Positions 8,458 to 16,844 are shown, numbered from the stretch's first letter. The stretch is DNA of 64,000 nt from Bacilli bacterium (GCA_022795155.1 JAAWGF010000002.1:17096-81095); one strand, 5' to 3'. A program made the numbers and translations. Notes: generated by a model from the letters alone, not told the origin.

Positions 8458-9123
8458 TTAATCCCATTCATTTTTTGTTTTTTCTTTAGGATGAATAAAA
8501 TAAGGAAATATACCCATTTTTGAACCTAGCATATGGAGAAGAATAAAACAAATAATAATACTTATTATTCTCGTTATAATAATTGGTATTTCAACATAAT
8601 CATCTAGATTTTGTTTTCCCCCACGACCTAACATGTCAATATAGAAATCATATCTACTTAATTTTTTAGAATGTTCTATTTGTTCTAAAAAATAAGTGTC
8701 TTGGTTTAAATCATCATATACTATTTTACCGACAGGCATTATAGAATCACCATCATAAATACTTTCACCTGTTTTTTGAACAGCTTCCATATTAATTAAG
8801 GCAGCAATCCTTTCTCCTGATGGAAGCGTTAAAGCATACATATAATAGTTGTTGTGATATCCAGCACCCTCATTCATATATTTAATACCTTTTGTTACAA
8901 CTGTAAATTTTTCGTTATTTAGTAAATCTTCTATATTTTGGGCTCTTAAAATATCTTCACTAGCTATACCACCTATATCATTTTCTTCAACCTCATGTTG
9001 TTTTACATATGAATCATATTTCTTAGTATATATTTCTTGAACAATCTTGGTTGGGATAGAACTCAATAAAAAACTTATAAATAGACAAAGCCATATATCA
9101 AATCGTAATCTACGATAAAACAC
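8458..9123 (-). CDS. membrane protein with N- and C-terminal TM helices flanking a ~150-aa domain (221 aa)
   Basis: GTG start with GAGGAG 8 nt upstream. Hydrophobic segments lie at both ends. It sits directly downstream of mscL with no terminator between them. Confidence 0.45.
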   Translation of the reverse strand: MFYRRLRFDIWLCLFISFLLSSIPTKIVQEIYTKKYDSYVKQHEVEENDIGGIASEDILRAQNIEDLLNNEKFTVVTKGIKYMNEGAGYHNNYYMYALTLPSGERIAALINMEAVQKTGESIYDGDSIMPVGKIVYDDLNQDTYFLEQIEHSKKLSRYDFYIDMLGRGGKQNLDDYVEIPIIITRIISIIICFILLHMLGSKMGIFPYFIHPKEKTKNEWD

Positions 9124-9175
9124 AATTAATTCTCCTCATATATAAAATATTTTAATAATAATACAATTATGCATC

Positions 9176-9592
9176 TTATTTATTTTTTAATAAATCACGA
9201 ATTTCTTCCAATAATAACACTTCATCACTTTTTTTGCATGGTTCTTCCAACTTTTCTTCTTTATGTTTAAATTTTTCAAATATTTTAATCATCAAAAATA
9301 TACAGAAAGCAATAATTAAGAAATCAACTATTGATTGAATAAATGACCCATACGCAATATTTGCATCATTTATTTTGATACTCAAGCTATTGAAATTTAA
9401 TCCGCCTAATATTGTCCCAATTAGTGGCATAAGTATATCATTTACAAGGCTTGTAACTATTTTCCCAAAAGCGCCTCCTATAATAACTCCAACTGCCATA
9501 TCAACAACATTTCCTCTAGAAATAAATTTTTTAAATTCATTAACTCCTTTAGTAAGATTTTTGGTTATTTTTATATTCTTTTTCTTTGACAT
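9176..9592 (-). CDS. mscL: large-conductance mechanosensitive channel
   Basis: FKKFISRGNVVDMAVGVIIGGAFGKIVTSLVNDILMPLIG is the hallmark MscL N-terminus/TM1. Typical ~138-aa size. Confidence 0.9.
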   Translation of the reverse strand: MSKKKNIKITKNLTKGVNEFKKFISRGNVVDMAVGVIIGGAFGKIVTSLVNDILMPLIGTILGGLNFNSLSIKINDANIAYGSFIQSIVDFLIIAFCIFLMIKIFEKFKHKEEKLEEPCKKSDEVLLLEEIRDLLKNK

Positions 9593-9625
9593 TATGATTA
9601 CTCCTTTTCAATTAGTTATACAAAA

Positions 9626-9651
9626 GGAAATATACCTTTTTGCATATTTCC
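9626..9651 (-). terminator. weak hairpin after noc/parB
   Basis: GGAAATAT / ATATTTCC 8-bp stem with a 10-nt loop, followed on the minus strand by UUUUGU. Confidence 0.35.
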
Positions 9652-9659
9652 ATTTAATT

Positions 9660-11480
9660 TTATTTTTCATCGTTCTTTTGAATCTTAAATATTACTTGAT
9701 ACATATCTTCAAAATCATATTCTTCACATTCAATTGCGAATCCATATTTTTCAATAGTGTCAGAGCAATTTCTAATAGTATTAATTACTGTTCGTAAATC
9801 AACTTTAGATTCAATAACGCTTTCAACGTTTCTCTCTTCCATAATCTCTTCTTTCCTAACTGATTCTGCAAGAATATTATCTGCTGGATAATTAATAACT
9901 TTTGGTGTATCTTCTATTTCTTCAATATTATCTTGGAAATCATAAGTATCATTTAATGTATCAATATCACCTTTATCTATTATTGGATTTGATACAGGCT
10001 CTTCTTTTATTTCTTCTAATTTACTATTATTAAATGAAAATTCATTTTGATTATTTGTTTGTTCTGTAATATTGTTTTCTATTGATTCTGTCTCTAAAAA
10101 TTGATTTAATGAATTATTACTTTCAACAAGAGGGGTAAAATTAAATGTTTCTTCGTCAGAAATTTCTTTTTTATTATCATCTGTTATATCTTCGTCATCT
10201 TCTGGTGTTAACATGGTAAAGAATTTATTTTGTTGAATGGGCTCTTCTTCTACATTATTAGTATCAAATTGATTAAAATCTTTAATACTGTTATTTTCCA
10301 AACCATTTTCAGACATCAATAGATTATCAATATCTGCTAAAGGTCTTTCAACGTAAATATCTTGAGCATTTTTTTCAATATCATCAACATCTACAAATCC
10401 TGGATTGATATTATTAATATTTGGCAAATTATCAATCATATCATTAATTTCTTTTAATTCCTTTTCATTGTTTGAAATTGGACTTGCTTGAATAGGTTCC
10501 TCTTCTATTTCCTCAACAATAGGACTAGTTGGTATATCAAAGTTTCCAAAACTTTTCATTTCTGAATTGTCATCACTACTCTCAAAATTTTCTGCTTCTA
10601 AATTATCTATGATTGGTACTTGAAGTGGTACCTCACTAATTTCTTCAACTGGTACTACTTTTTGTTCCGAAATTGGTGAATCTATATTCAAAAAATCTAA
10701 TAATTCTTCATCTTTATTATTATTCTCAAATGAATTAATAACTTGATCATTTGGATTTATAAACTCGATAGCACTAGAACTTTGAATAGCTGGTTCTTCA
10801 ACTTGAACACTGTTATTCATAAAAATACTAGGGATTTCTGTTTCAAATTTAGTTTCTGTTAATCCAGTAATTTTTCCTGCTAAAATATCATTAATTAAAT
10901 CATCTGTCTTTTTAACAGTTAATCTGTCTTTTATTATCTTTTCTAAGATATCTTTTTGTTTTTGTTTACTCTCAATTTTTAATAAAGATCTAGCATGACG
11001 TTCAGATATTTTTTCATCTAATAATGCTTCTTGTACATCATCATCTAAATTTAATAGTCTTAATTTATTACTAATAGTAGATTGTGTTTTACCTAATTTT
11101 TCAGCTAATTGCTCTTGAGTTAAATAGCCCATGTCCAATATTTTTCGATAAGAAACAGCTTCTTCAATTGGTGTCAAATCTTGTCTTTGAACATTTTCAA
11201 TTAATGCCACTTCAGCACTATCTTTATCATTTAAATCAGAGATTATAGCTGGAATTGTCCTTTTTCCTGCTAAAAGACTTGCTTTATATCTTCTTTCTCC
11301 AGCAATTATCTCATATTTATCACCTAATCTCCTAACAAGAATCGGTTGAATAACACCATGCTCTTTTATTGATTCTGCTAATTCTGTAATTGCTTGTTCA
11401 TGAAATTTAAATCTTGGTTGAAATCTATTTGGTAAAACATCATCTAATTCTAAATCTACTACTATTTTTTCGTGGTTCAT
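9660..11480 (-). CDS. noc: ParB-family protein, Noc-like, with a ~350-aa acidic insertion between the DNA-binding and C-terminal domains
   Basis: - ParB N-domain motifs PNRFQPR and IIAGERRYKAS are present.
- The HTH LTQEQLAEKLGKTQSTISNKLRLLNL...ISERHARSLL and the C-terminus RTVINTIRN...EEYDFEDMYQVIFKIQK resemble B. subtilis Noc as I recall it.
- Start set to ATG 11480 (GGAAGGAGA 6 nt upstream); the track start TTG 11546 has no SD.
- It lies next to rsmG, as noc does in Bacillus. Confidence 0.85.
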   Translation of the reverse strand: MNHEKIVVDLELDDVLPNRFQPRFKFHEQAITELAESIKEHGVIQPILVRRLGDKYEIIAGERRYKASLLAGKRTIPAIISDLNDKDSAEVALIENVQRQDLTPIEEAVSYRKILDMGYLTQEQLAEKLGKTQSTISNKLRLLNLDDDVQEALLDEKISERHARSLLKIESKQKQKDILEKIIKDRLTVKKTDDLINDILAGKITGLTETKFETEIPSIFMNNSVQVEEPAIQSSSAIEFINPNDQVINSFENNNKDEELLDFLNIDSPISEQKVVPVEEISEVPLQVPIIDNLEAENFESSDDNSEMKSFGNFDIPTSPIVEEIEEEPIQASPISNNEKELKEINDMIDNLPNINNINPGFVDVDDIEKNAQDIYVERPLADIDNLLMSENGLENNSIKDFNQFDTNNVEEEPIQQNKFFTMLTPEDDEDITDDNKKEISDEETFNFTPLVESNNSLNQFLETESIENNITEQTNNQNEFSFNNSKLEEIKEEPVSNPIIDKGDIDTLNDTYDFQDNIEEIEDTPKVINYPADNILAESVRKEEIMEERNVESVIESKVDLRTVINTIRNCSDTIEKYGFAIECEEYDFEDMYQVIFKIQKNDEK

Positions 11481-11578
11481 ATGTACTCTCCTTCCACTAC
11501 TATTTTTTCTATTTATAATCATACTATATTTTGGGAAATATTTCAATTCTTTTTTGAATATTTTAAAAAAAAGGGAAA

Positions 11579-11604
11579 AGAAACAAAGATTTAACTTTAT
11601 TTCT
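11579..11604 (-). terminator. intrinsic terminator after the DUF4234 gene
   Basis: 10-bp stem (one G-U pair) at 11579-11588 / 11595-11604. On the minus strand it is followed by UUUUCCCUUUUUUUU. Confidence 0.5.
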
Positions 11605-11838
11605 TTAGATGGTTGCTATTTTATTAAGTTCATTTTGGATTAAACAGTAGTTAACTATTCCTAAGCCTGTTATTGTTAAAATCAAATATATAACAGAATA
11701 ATTATTACTTTGAATACCACTTTTTAGTTTTGCTTCATACATGACTTTTCCTATTTTATAATTCCAGTAAATATAATAAATGCCAAATGTAACAATGGAT
11801 AAAATAACACAAACTGCAATATTTTTTTCTTTAATCAT
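11605..11838 (-). CDS. small membrane protein, DUF4234-like
   Basis: FGIYYIYWNYK is typical of DUF4234, and there are two TM helices. Start moved to ATG 11838 (GGAGG 8 nt upstream). Confidence 0.55.
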   Translation of the reverse strand: MIKEKNIAVCVILSIVTFGIYYIYWNYKIGKVMYEAKLKSGIQSNNYSVIYLILTITGLGIVNYCLIQNELNKIATI

Positions 11839-11913
11839 CAAACTAACCTCCATTCTCTTTTTTATTTTTTCATATTTTAAAAAGAAAAGGGGGGTTACAA
11901 CCTTAAATTTTAA

Positions 11914-12618
11914 TTAAAGAGGTTTCTTTTTTATTTGTGAATATGGGCGAGGATATTTTTTTGAGGTTGCTTTTAATTTTTTAAATTTTAGTATTGTTCT
12001 CGTACTATTTTCAGATGGCAATAAAAATTCTAGTTTATCAACCAACTCGCAATTTAATTCCTTTTTTGCATAATCAATTTCCAATATTTCCCGGGAAATA
12101 TTAGCTTTTAAAGGTATAAAATATTTCCCAGATTTGACTAATGGTAGACAATATTCTAATAAAATATTTAAAGAAGCAACAGCTCTAGCAGTGACAACAT
12201 CATACTTTTCTCTTGATTTTCTACCAAAATCTTCAATTCTAGTATGTAAAGTATCAATGCCAACTAGATTTAACTCTTTTATAACAGCATTTAAAAAATC
12301 AATTCTTTTATTTAATGAATCCACTAAAGTAACATTAATTTTGGGAAATAATATTTTGATAACTAAACCAGGGAAACCAGCACCTGCCCCAACATCACAT
12401 AAATTTTCAACTGTATTTAAATCAATGATTTTATTTATTGTTAAACTATCATAAAAATGTTTTAAATAAACTTGTTCTTTTTCTGTAATCCCTGTTAAAT
12501 TGATTTTTTCATTATATTCTATTAACAATTCATAATACTTTTCCAATTGTTTTAATTGACTTACGTTTATATTAATATTTATTTTTTTTAAATTTTCAAT
12601 AAAATCATTTATGTTCAT
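11914..12618 (-). CDS. rsmG: 16S rRNA (guanine527-N7)-methyltransferase
   Basis: SAM motif DVGAGAGFPGLVIKI, ~234 aa. It lies immediately downstream of mnmG with a 14-nt overlap. Confidence 0.9.
   Translation of the reverse strand: MNINDFIENLKKINININVSQLKQLEKYYELLIEYNEKINLTGITEKEQVYLKHFYDSLTINKIIDLNTVENLCDVGAGAGFPGLVIKILFPKINVTLVDSLNKRIDFLNAVIKELNLVGIDTLHTRIEDFGRKSREKYDVVTARAVASLNILLEYCLPLVKSGKYFIPLKANISREILEIDYAKKELNCELVDKLEFLLPSENSTRTILKFKKLKATSKKYPRPYSQIKKKPL
12086..12099. promoter_or_regulatory. Noc-binding-site (NBS) consensus palindrome
   Basis: Exact ATTTCCCGGGAAAT, embedded in the 20-bp perfect palindrome AATATTTCCCGGGAAATATT (12083-12102) inside rsmG. Confidence 0.6.
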
Positions 12619-14479
12619 AATTATATTCCTTCTTTAAATAAATCATCAATATTGATATGTCTGCAGGATTAACACCACTAATTCTTAATGCTTGTCCAAT
12701 TGAAACAGGTCGAATATCTTTTAATTTTTGTTTTGCTTCACTCGCTAAATTATGAATTTTATCATAATCAATATCAGGTGGAATTTTTTTATTTTCCAAA
12801 TCGAGCATTTTTTGAGCTTCTCGATTAGCTTTTTCGATATAGCCTGCATATTTAATATTAATTTCAACTTGTGATAGTATATCTTGATTAGAACTTAAAT
12901 AAATAAATTTTTTGATGTGATTTATTGTAATTTCTGGTCTTTTTAATAAATCATATAAAGTTATACCATCTTTAATTGGTGTTGAACCTATTTCAATTAA
13001 ATATTTATTTACTTCTTCTTTAGGTGTTATTTTATTATTTTTTAATGTCTCATTTATTCTTTCTATATCTTTTTCTTTATCCAATAATTTCTGATATCTT
13101 TTCTCATCAATTAGACCAACATTATAACCTAATCTTCTTAATCGTAAATCAGCATTATCATGACGAAGTAATAAGCGATATTCAGCACGTGAAGTTAATA
13201 AACGATATGGATCCCTTACACCTTTGGTAATTAAATCGTCAATTAATACTCCTATATAAGCTTCATTTCTTTTTAAAATTAGTGGTTCTTTATCTTCTAA
13301 TTTTAATGAAGCATTAATACCCGCAATTAAACCCTGGCAAGCAGCTTCTTCATATCCACTAGTTCCATTTATTTGTCCAGCCGTATATAGATTTTCAATA
13401 ATTTTTGTTTCTAATGATGGCTTTAATTGTAACGAATCAATCGCATCATATTCAATCGCATAAGCATATTTTAATATTTTGGCATTTTCTAAGCCCGGAA
13501 GACTATGAACCATTTTTTCTTGAACATCATGTGGCATACTTGTTGAAAAACCTTGAATATAGATATCATCATAATATAAACTTTCCGGTTCTAAAAATAA
13601 TTGATGTCTTTCTTTGTCGGAAAAACGAACAATTTTATCTTCAATTGATGGGCAATATCTAGGTCCGACACCAGTTATATCATTTAGTCCACCATACATA
13701 CTAGATTTATTTAGATTTTCTCTAATAATTTTATGAGTTTCAGGTGTTGTATAAATTAAATGGCATGGTACTTGGGATTCAATTTTATATAAAGGGCCAG
13801 TATCAAAACTAAATGTATGATATGTATTATCACCATACTCAACTTTGGTTTTAGAAAAATCAATCGAATTTTTATCTATTCTTTGTGGTGTCCCTGTTTT
13901 TAAACGAATTATTCTAAATCCTAATTCTTTTAAATTATCACTTAAATGATTACTTGGCTTTTCACCATGTGGTCCTTCTCTTCTTCTTGTATCTCCTACC
14001 ATGATATCAGCTTTTAAATATGTCCCAGTTGTTAAGATAACAGCACTACTATAAATACACTCTTTATTTTCTAAAATGACTCCTTTTATTTTATTATCCT
14101 CAACTACTAAATCTTCAACTAAAGCTTCTTTTATTTCTAAATTATCTTGTTTATTTAAAGTTTCACGCATATTTTTTGGATAAGTTATTTTATCAGCTTG
14201 ACAACGAAGAGCTTGGACAGCTGGTCCTTTAGCGTTATTTAACATCTTTATTTGAATATGTGATTTATCAGCATTAATACCCATTTCTCCACCTAAGGCA
14301 TCAATCTCTCTTACGACAATACCTTTAGCAGAACCACCTACTGATGGATTACAAGGCATATCAGCAATATTATTTATATTTCCTGTTATTAATAGGGTTT
14401 TATGTCCTTTTCTAGCACACGCTAAAGAAGCTTCACATCCAGCATGACCTCCACCTACTACAATTACTTCGTAATTCAT
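12605..14479 (-). CDS. mnmG: tRNA uridine 5-carboxymethylaminomethyl modification enzyme
   Basis: FAD motif VIVVGGGHAGCEA and GidA-family conservation throughout. Start set to ATG 14479 (GAAGGTG 6 nt upstream). Confidence 0.95.
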   Translation of the reverse strand: MNYEVIVVGGGHAGCEASLACARKGHKTLLITGNINNIADMPCNPSVGGSAKGIVVREIDALGGEMGINADKSHIQIKMLNNAKGPAVQALRCQADKITYPKNMRETLNKQDNLEIKEALVEDLVVEDNKIKGVILENKECIYSSAVILTTGTYLKADIMVGDTRRREGPHGEKPSNHLSDNLKELGFRIIRLKTGTPQRIDKNSIDFSKTKVEYGDNTYHTFSFDTGPLYKIESQVPCHLIYTTPETHKIIRENLNKSSMYGGLNDITGVGPRYCPSIEDKIVRFSDKERHQLFLEPESLYYDDIYIQGFSTSMPHDVQEKMVHSLPGLENAKILKYAYAIEYDAIDSLQLKPSLETKIIENLYTAGQINGTSGYEEAACQGLIAGINASLKLEDKEPLILKRNEAYIGVLIDDLITKGVRDPYRLLTSRAEYRLLLRHDNADLRLRRLGYNVGLIDEKRYQKLLDKEKDIERINETLKNNKITPKEEVNKYLIEIGSTPIKDGITLYDLLKRPEITINHIKKFIYLSSNQDILSQVEINIKYAGYIEKANREAQKMLDLENKKIPPDIDYDKIHNLASEAKQKLKDIRPVSIGQALRISGVNPADISILMIYLKKEYNYEHK

Positions 14480-14601
14480 ACAATACACCTTCTTATTTAC
14501 TTTTTTATTATACTATTTTAGAAAAGAAAAAGAAACATAATTGTTTCTAATTACTAATTTTTAATACTTTTTTAAAGTTTTTTTAAAAATGTTTCATTTT
14601 A

Positions 14602-14805
14602 TTATGATTCCTTATTATTATCATCATAATCATTATCTGATATTATATCATTAGATATATATTTAGATATATTAAAAGACATTATTTTAACTTGATTTTC
14701 CATAAAACTATGATCCCAAACATACCTATAATATCCAGTTCCATCTTCCATAGGTACTAATTCACCTAAAAAATTATGTCTTATTATTAATGGATTTTTA
14801 CTCAT
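14602..14805 (-). CDS. small hypothetical protein (67 aa)
   Basis: ORF between mnmE and mnmG on the same strand, followed by a short hairpin plus U-tract. Acidic C-terminal tail. No motif recognised. Confidence 0.3.
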   Translation of the reverse strand: MSKNPLIIRHNFLGELVPMEDGTGYYRYVWDHSFMENQVKIMSFNISKYISNDIISDNDYDDNNKES

Positions 14806-14868
14806 AAAAAATCTTCTCTTCTTTTTTATGTACTATTATATTCTTAATTATATTCTATGTCAATGAAT

Positions 14869-16236
14869 TTATTTTCCTAAACAGAATTGACTAAATAATT
14901 GATTAATTAATTCATCTTGATAAGTTTCACCTATTATTTCACCAAGTAATTCCCATACTTTTTTAATATCAATCTCTACCATATCAATAGGCATATTTTT
15001 TTCTATACCATTATATATACTAGTTATATTAATTAAACATTGTCTTAATATCGAAATACTTCTAGCATTTGTTAAAAAATTATAATCTTCAGTTTCAATC
15101 ATTTCTAAATTGAACATATTTTTAATTTTATTTTTTAAATTGTCAATCCCAATATTTTGATTTACACACATCATTACTATATTATCTTGATTAATTATAG
15201 AACTTAATTTTTGAATATTTAATTTATTATCTAAATCCATTTTATTTACAACAATAATATAATTTTTATCTTTAATTTTATTTAATATTTCTATATCCTC
15301 AAAATTCATTTCTTCATTATTATTTAAAATATAAATAATTAAATTAGCTTGATTTATTAGATTATAGCTTTTTTCAACACCCATTTTTTCAACAATGTCA
15401 TCTGTTTTTCGAATTCCGGCTGTATCAATTAAATTTAACAAAATTCCATCAATTAATATTTGACCTTCAACTATATCTCTTGTTGTTCCAGCAATATTCG
15501 TTACGATTGCTTTTTCTTCATCTAATAAATTATTAAGTAAACTACTTTTTCCAACATTTGGTCTTCCTATTATTACTGTTTTGATTCCTTCTTTTATAAT
15601 TTTCCCATTTTCACTATTATTCAAAATTTCTTTTATATCATTTTCTATTTCTTTTATTTTAGATAAAATAATGTCATTGGTCATTACTAAAATATCCTCA
15701 TATTCAGGATAATCAATATTTACTTCAATATTAGCTATAACTTCTAATATTTTTTTTCTTAAAATTCTTATCATATTAGAATTTTTACCTTGTATTTGAT
15801 TAATAGCAATATTTCTTGCCTTTTCACTTTTAGAATTTATTAAATCACTTATAGCCTCTGCCTCTAACAAATCAATCCGCCCATTAAAAAAAGCTCTTTT
15901 TGTAAATTCTCCTGGTTCAGCTAAACGGCAGCCATTTAATAATAATAATTCTAAAACTTTATTTGTTGTCGTTATTCCACCATGACAATTAATTTCAACA
16001 ACATCTTCGGTTGTAAATGTTTTTGGTTTACGCATAACGGATACTAATACTTCATCAATGATTTTTTCATTTTCAATAATATAACCATAATTAATAGTAT
16101 GACTATCAACTAAATTTAAATTTTTACCTTTAAAAATATTATTAACAATTTTTATTGAATCATTTCCACTAACTCTAATAATTGATATAGCCCCAATACC
16201 TAAAGATGTTGAAATAGCCGCAATTGTATCATTCAT
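14869..16236 (-). CDS. mnmE: tRNA modification GTPase
   Basis: G1 motif GRPNVGKSSLLN, DTAGIR, NKMD, and the C-terminal CLGK signature. Confidence 0.95.
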   Translation of the reverse strand: MNDTIAAISTSLGIGAISIIRVSGNDSIKIVNNIFKGKNLNLVDSHTINYGYIIENEKIIDEVLVSVMRKPKTFTTEDVVEINCHGGITTTNKVLELLLLNGCRLAEPGEFTKRAFFNGRIDLLEAEAISDLINSKSEKARNIAINQIQGKNSNMIRILRKKILEVIANIEVNIDYPEYEDILVMTNDIILSKIKEIENDIKEILNNSENGKIIKEGIKTVIIGRPNVGKSSLLNNLLDEEKAIVTNIAGTTRDIVEGQILIDGILLNLIDTAGIRKTDDIVEKMGVEKSYNLINQANLIIYILNNNEEMNFEDIEILNKIKDKNYIIVVNKMDLDNKLNIQKLSSIINQDNIVMMCVNQNIGIDNLKNKIKNMFNLEMIETEDYNFLTNARSISILRQCLINITSIYNGIEKNMPIDMVEIDIKKVWELLGEIIGETYQDELINQLFSQFCLGK

Positions 16237-16245
16237 TAATTCACC

Positions 16246-16761
16246 TTAATTTGATTTATTTCTTTTATATATTCCAATATATCTCGGTAAATTTTTTACA
16301 TTTTTAAATATTTCCATTGAAACGTACTTATCAACACAAGTAATAACCCAACCTTCTCTACACATTGGAGGTTTTATATTTAGTGGAAACATATGTTTTT
16401 TTATTATATCTTCTACTCTTTTATTCATTAAATTAGGAAAATAAACTTTCGAATTTTTTAAAGCTTCACCAGCATGGGCAAATCCATGTTTTTTAAAAAA
16501 AGGGCGTGAATCCTTGACCTCTTGCCATGGTTTATAATAAAAATCATGTAATAATCCACCGATAGCAGCACTCTTATAATCTAAATGAAAACGTTTAGCA
16601 ATTCGATATGATAAAATGGAAACTGCTAAACTATGATCATATACTGTCCTATTTCCATGATGACGAAATTCTTTTCTTCTTAAAAATTCAGGATTTTCTA
16701 AAATATCTTTTACAATTGAATAATATTCTGTATCTTTTTTTAAATATCTATCTATTTTCAT
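16246..16761 (-). CDS. HD-domain phosphohydrolase
   Basis: H...HD pattern (YDHSLAV, GGLLHDFY), 171 aa. It lies between jag and mnmE. Confidence 0.65.
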   Translation of the reverse strand: MKIDRYLKKDTEYYSIVKDILENPEFLRRKEFRHHGNRTVYDHSLAVSILSYRIAKRFHLDYKSAAIGGLLHDFYYKPWQEVKDSRPFFKKHGFAHAGEALKNSKVYFPNLMNKRVEDIIKKHMFPLNIKPPMCREGWVITCVDKYVSMEIFKNVKNLPRYIGIYKRNKSN

Positions 16762-16844
16762 AATTAGCCTTCTTCCTTTATTATTCTATATTATATTAAT
16801 AAATTAGTCAATTTATTTACCTAAAAAAAGAAAATTAATTTACA

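Noticed and set aside
9375-9797. 140-aa plus-strand ORF overlapping mscL and the noc/parB 3' end
   Set aside because: It is antisense to two well-supported genes. The same reasoning applies to the other shadow ORFs in the track: 316-513, 553-822, 710-919, 3358-3654, 12134-12454, 13024-13230, 13405-13662, 20691-21062, 23332-23514, 26795-27004, 36120-36338, 36573-36854, 40683-40895, 41708-41935, 41945-42238, 46648-46884, 47158-47487, 49138-49392, 49896-50081, 51989-52294, 53481-53699, 56804-57088, 56887-57093, 58579-58785, 61146-61406, 61876-62073, 62660-63145 and 63583-63780.
11481-11546. Upstream extension of noc/parB (MKYFPKYSMIINRKNSSGRRVH) as a possible Noc-type N-terminal membrane-targeting peptide
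   Set aside because: The extension starts at a TTG with no Shine-Dalgarno, whereas ATG 11480 has GGAAGGAGA at ideal spacing. The extension is probably untranslated leader. I left it as a caveat that needs experimental start-site mapping.
13181-13196. CACGTG core inside mnmG (TTCAGCACGTGAAGTT) as a possible fourth parS. There is a similar CACGTG at 63433-63438 in typA.
   Set aside because: It has seven mismatches to TGTTTCACGTGAAACA outside the core, and the flanks are not palindromic. The CACGTG hexamer alone is not diagnostic.
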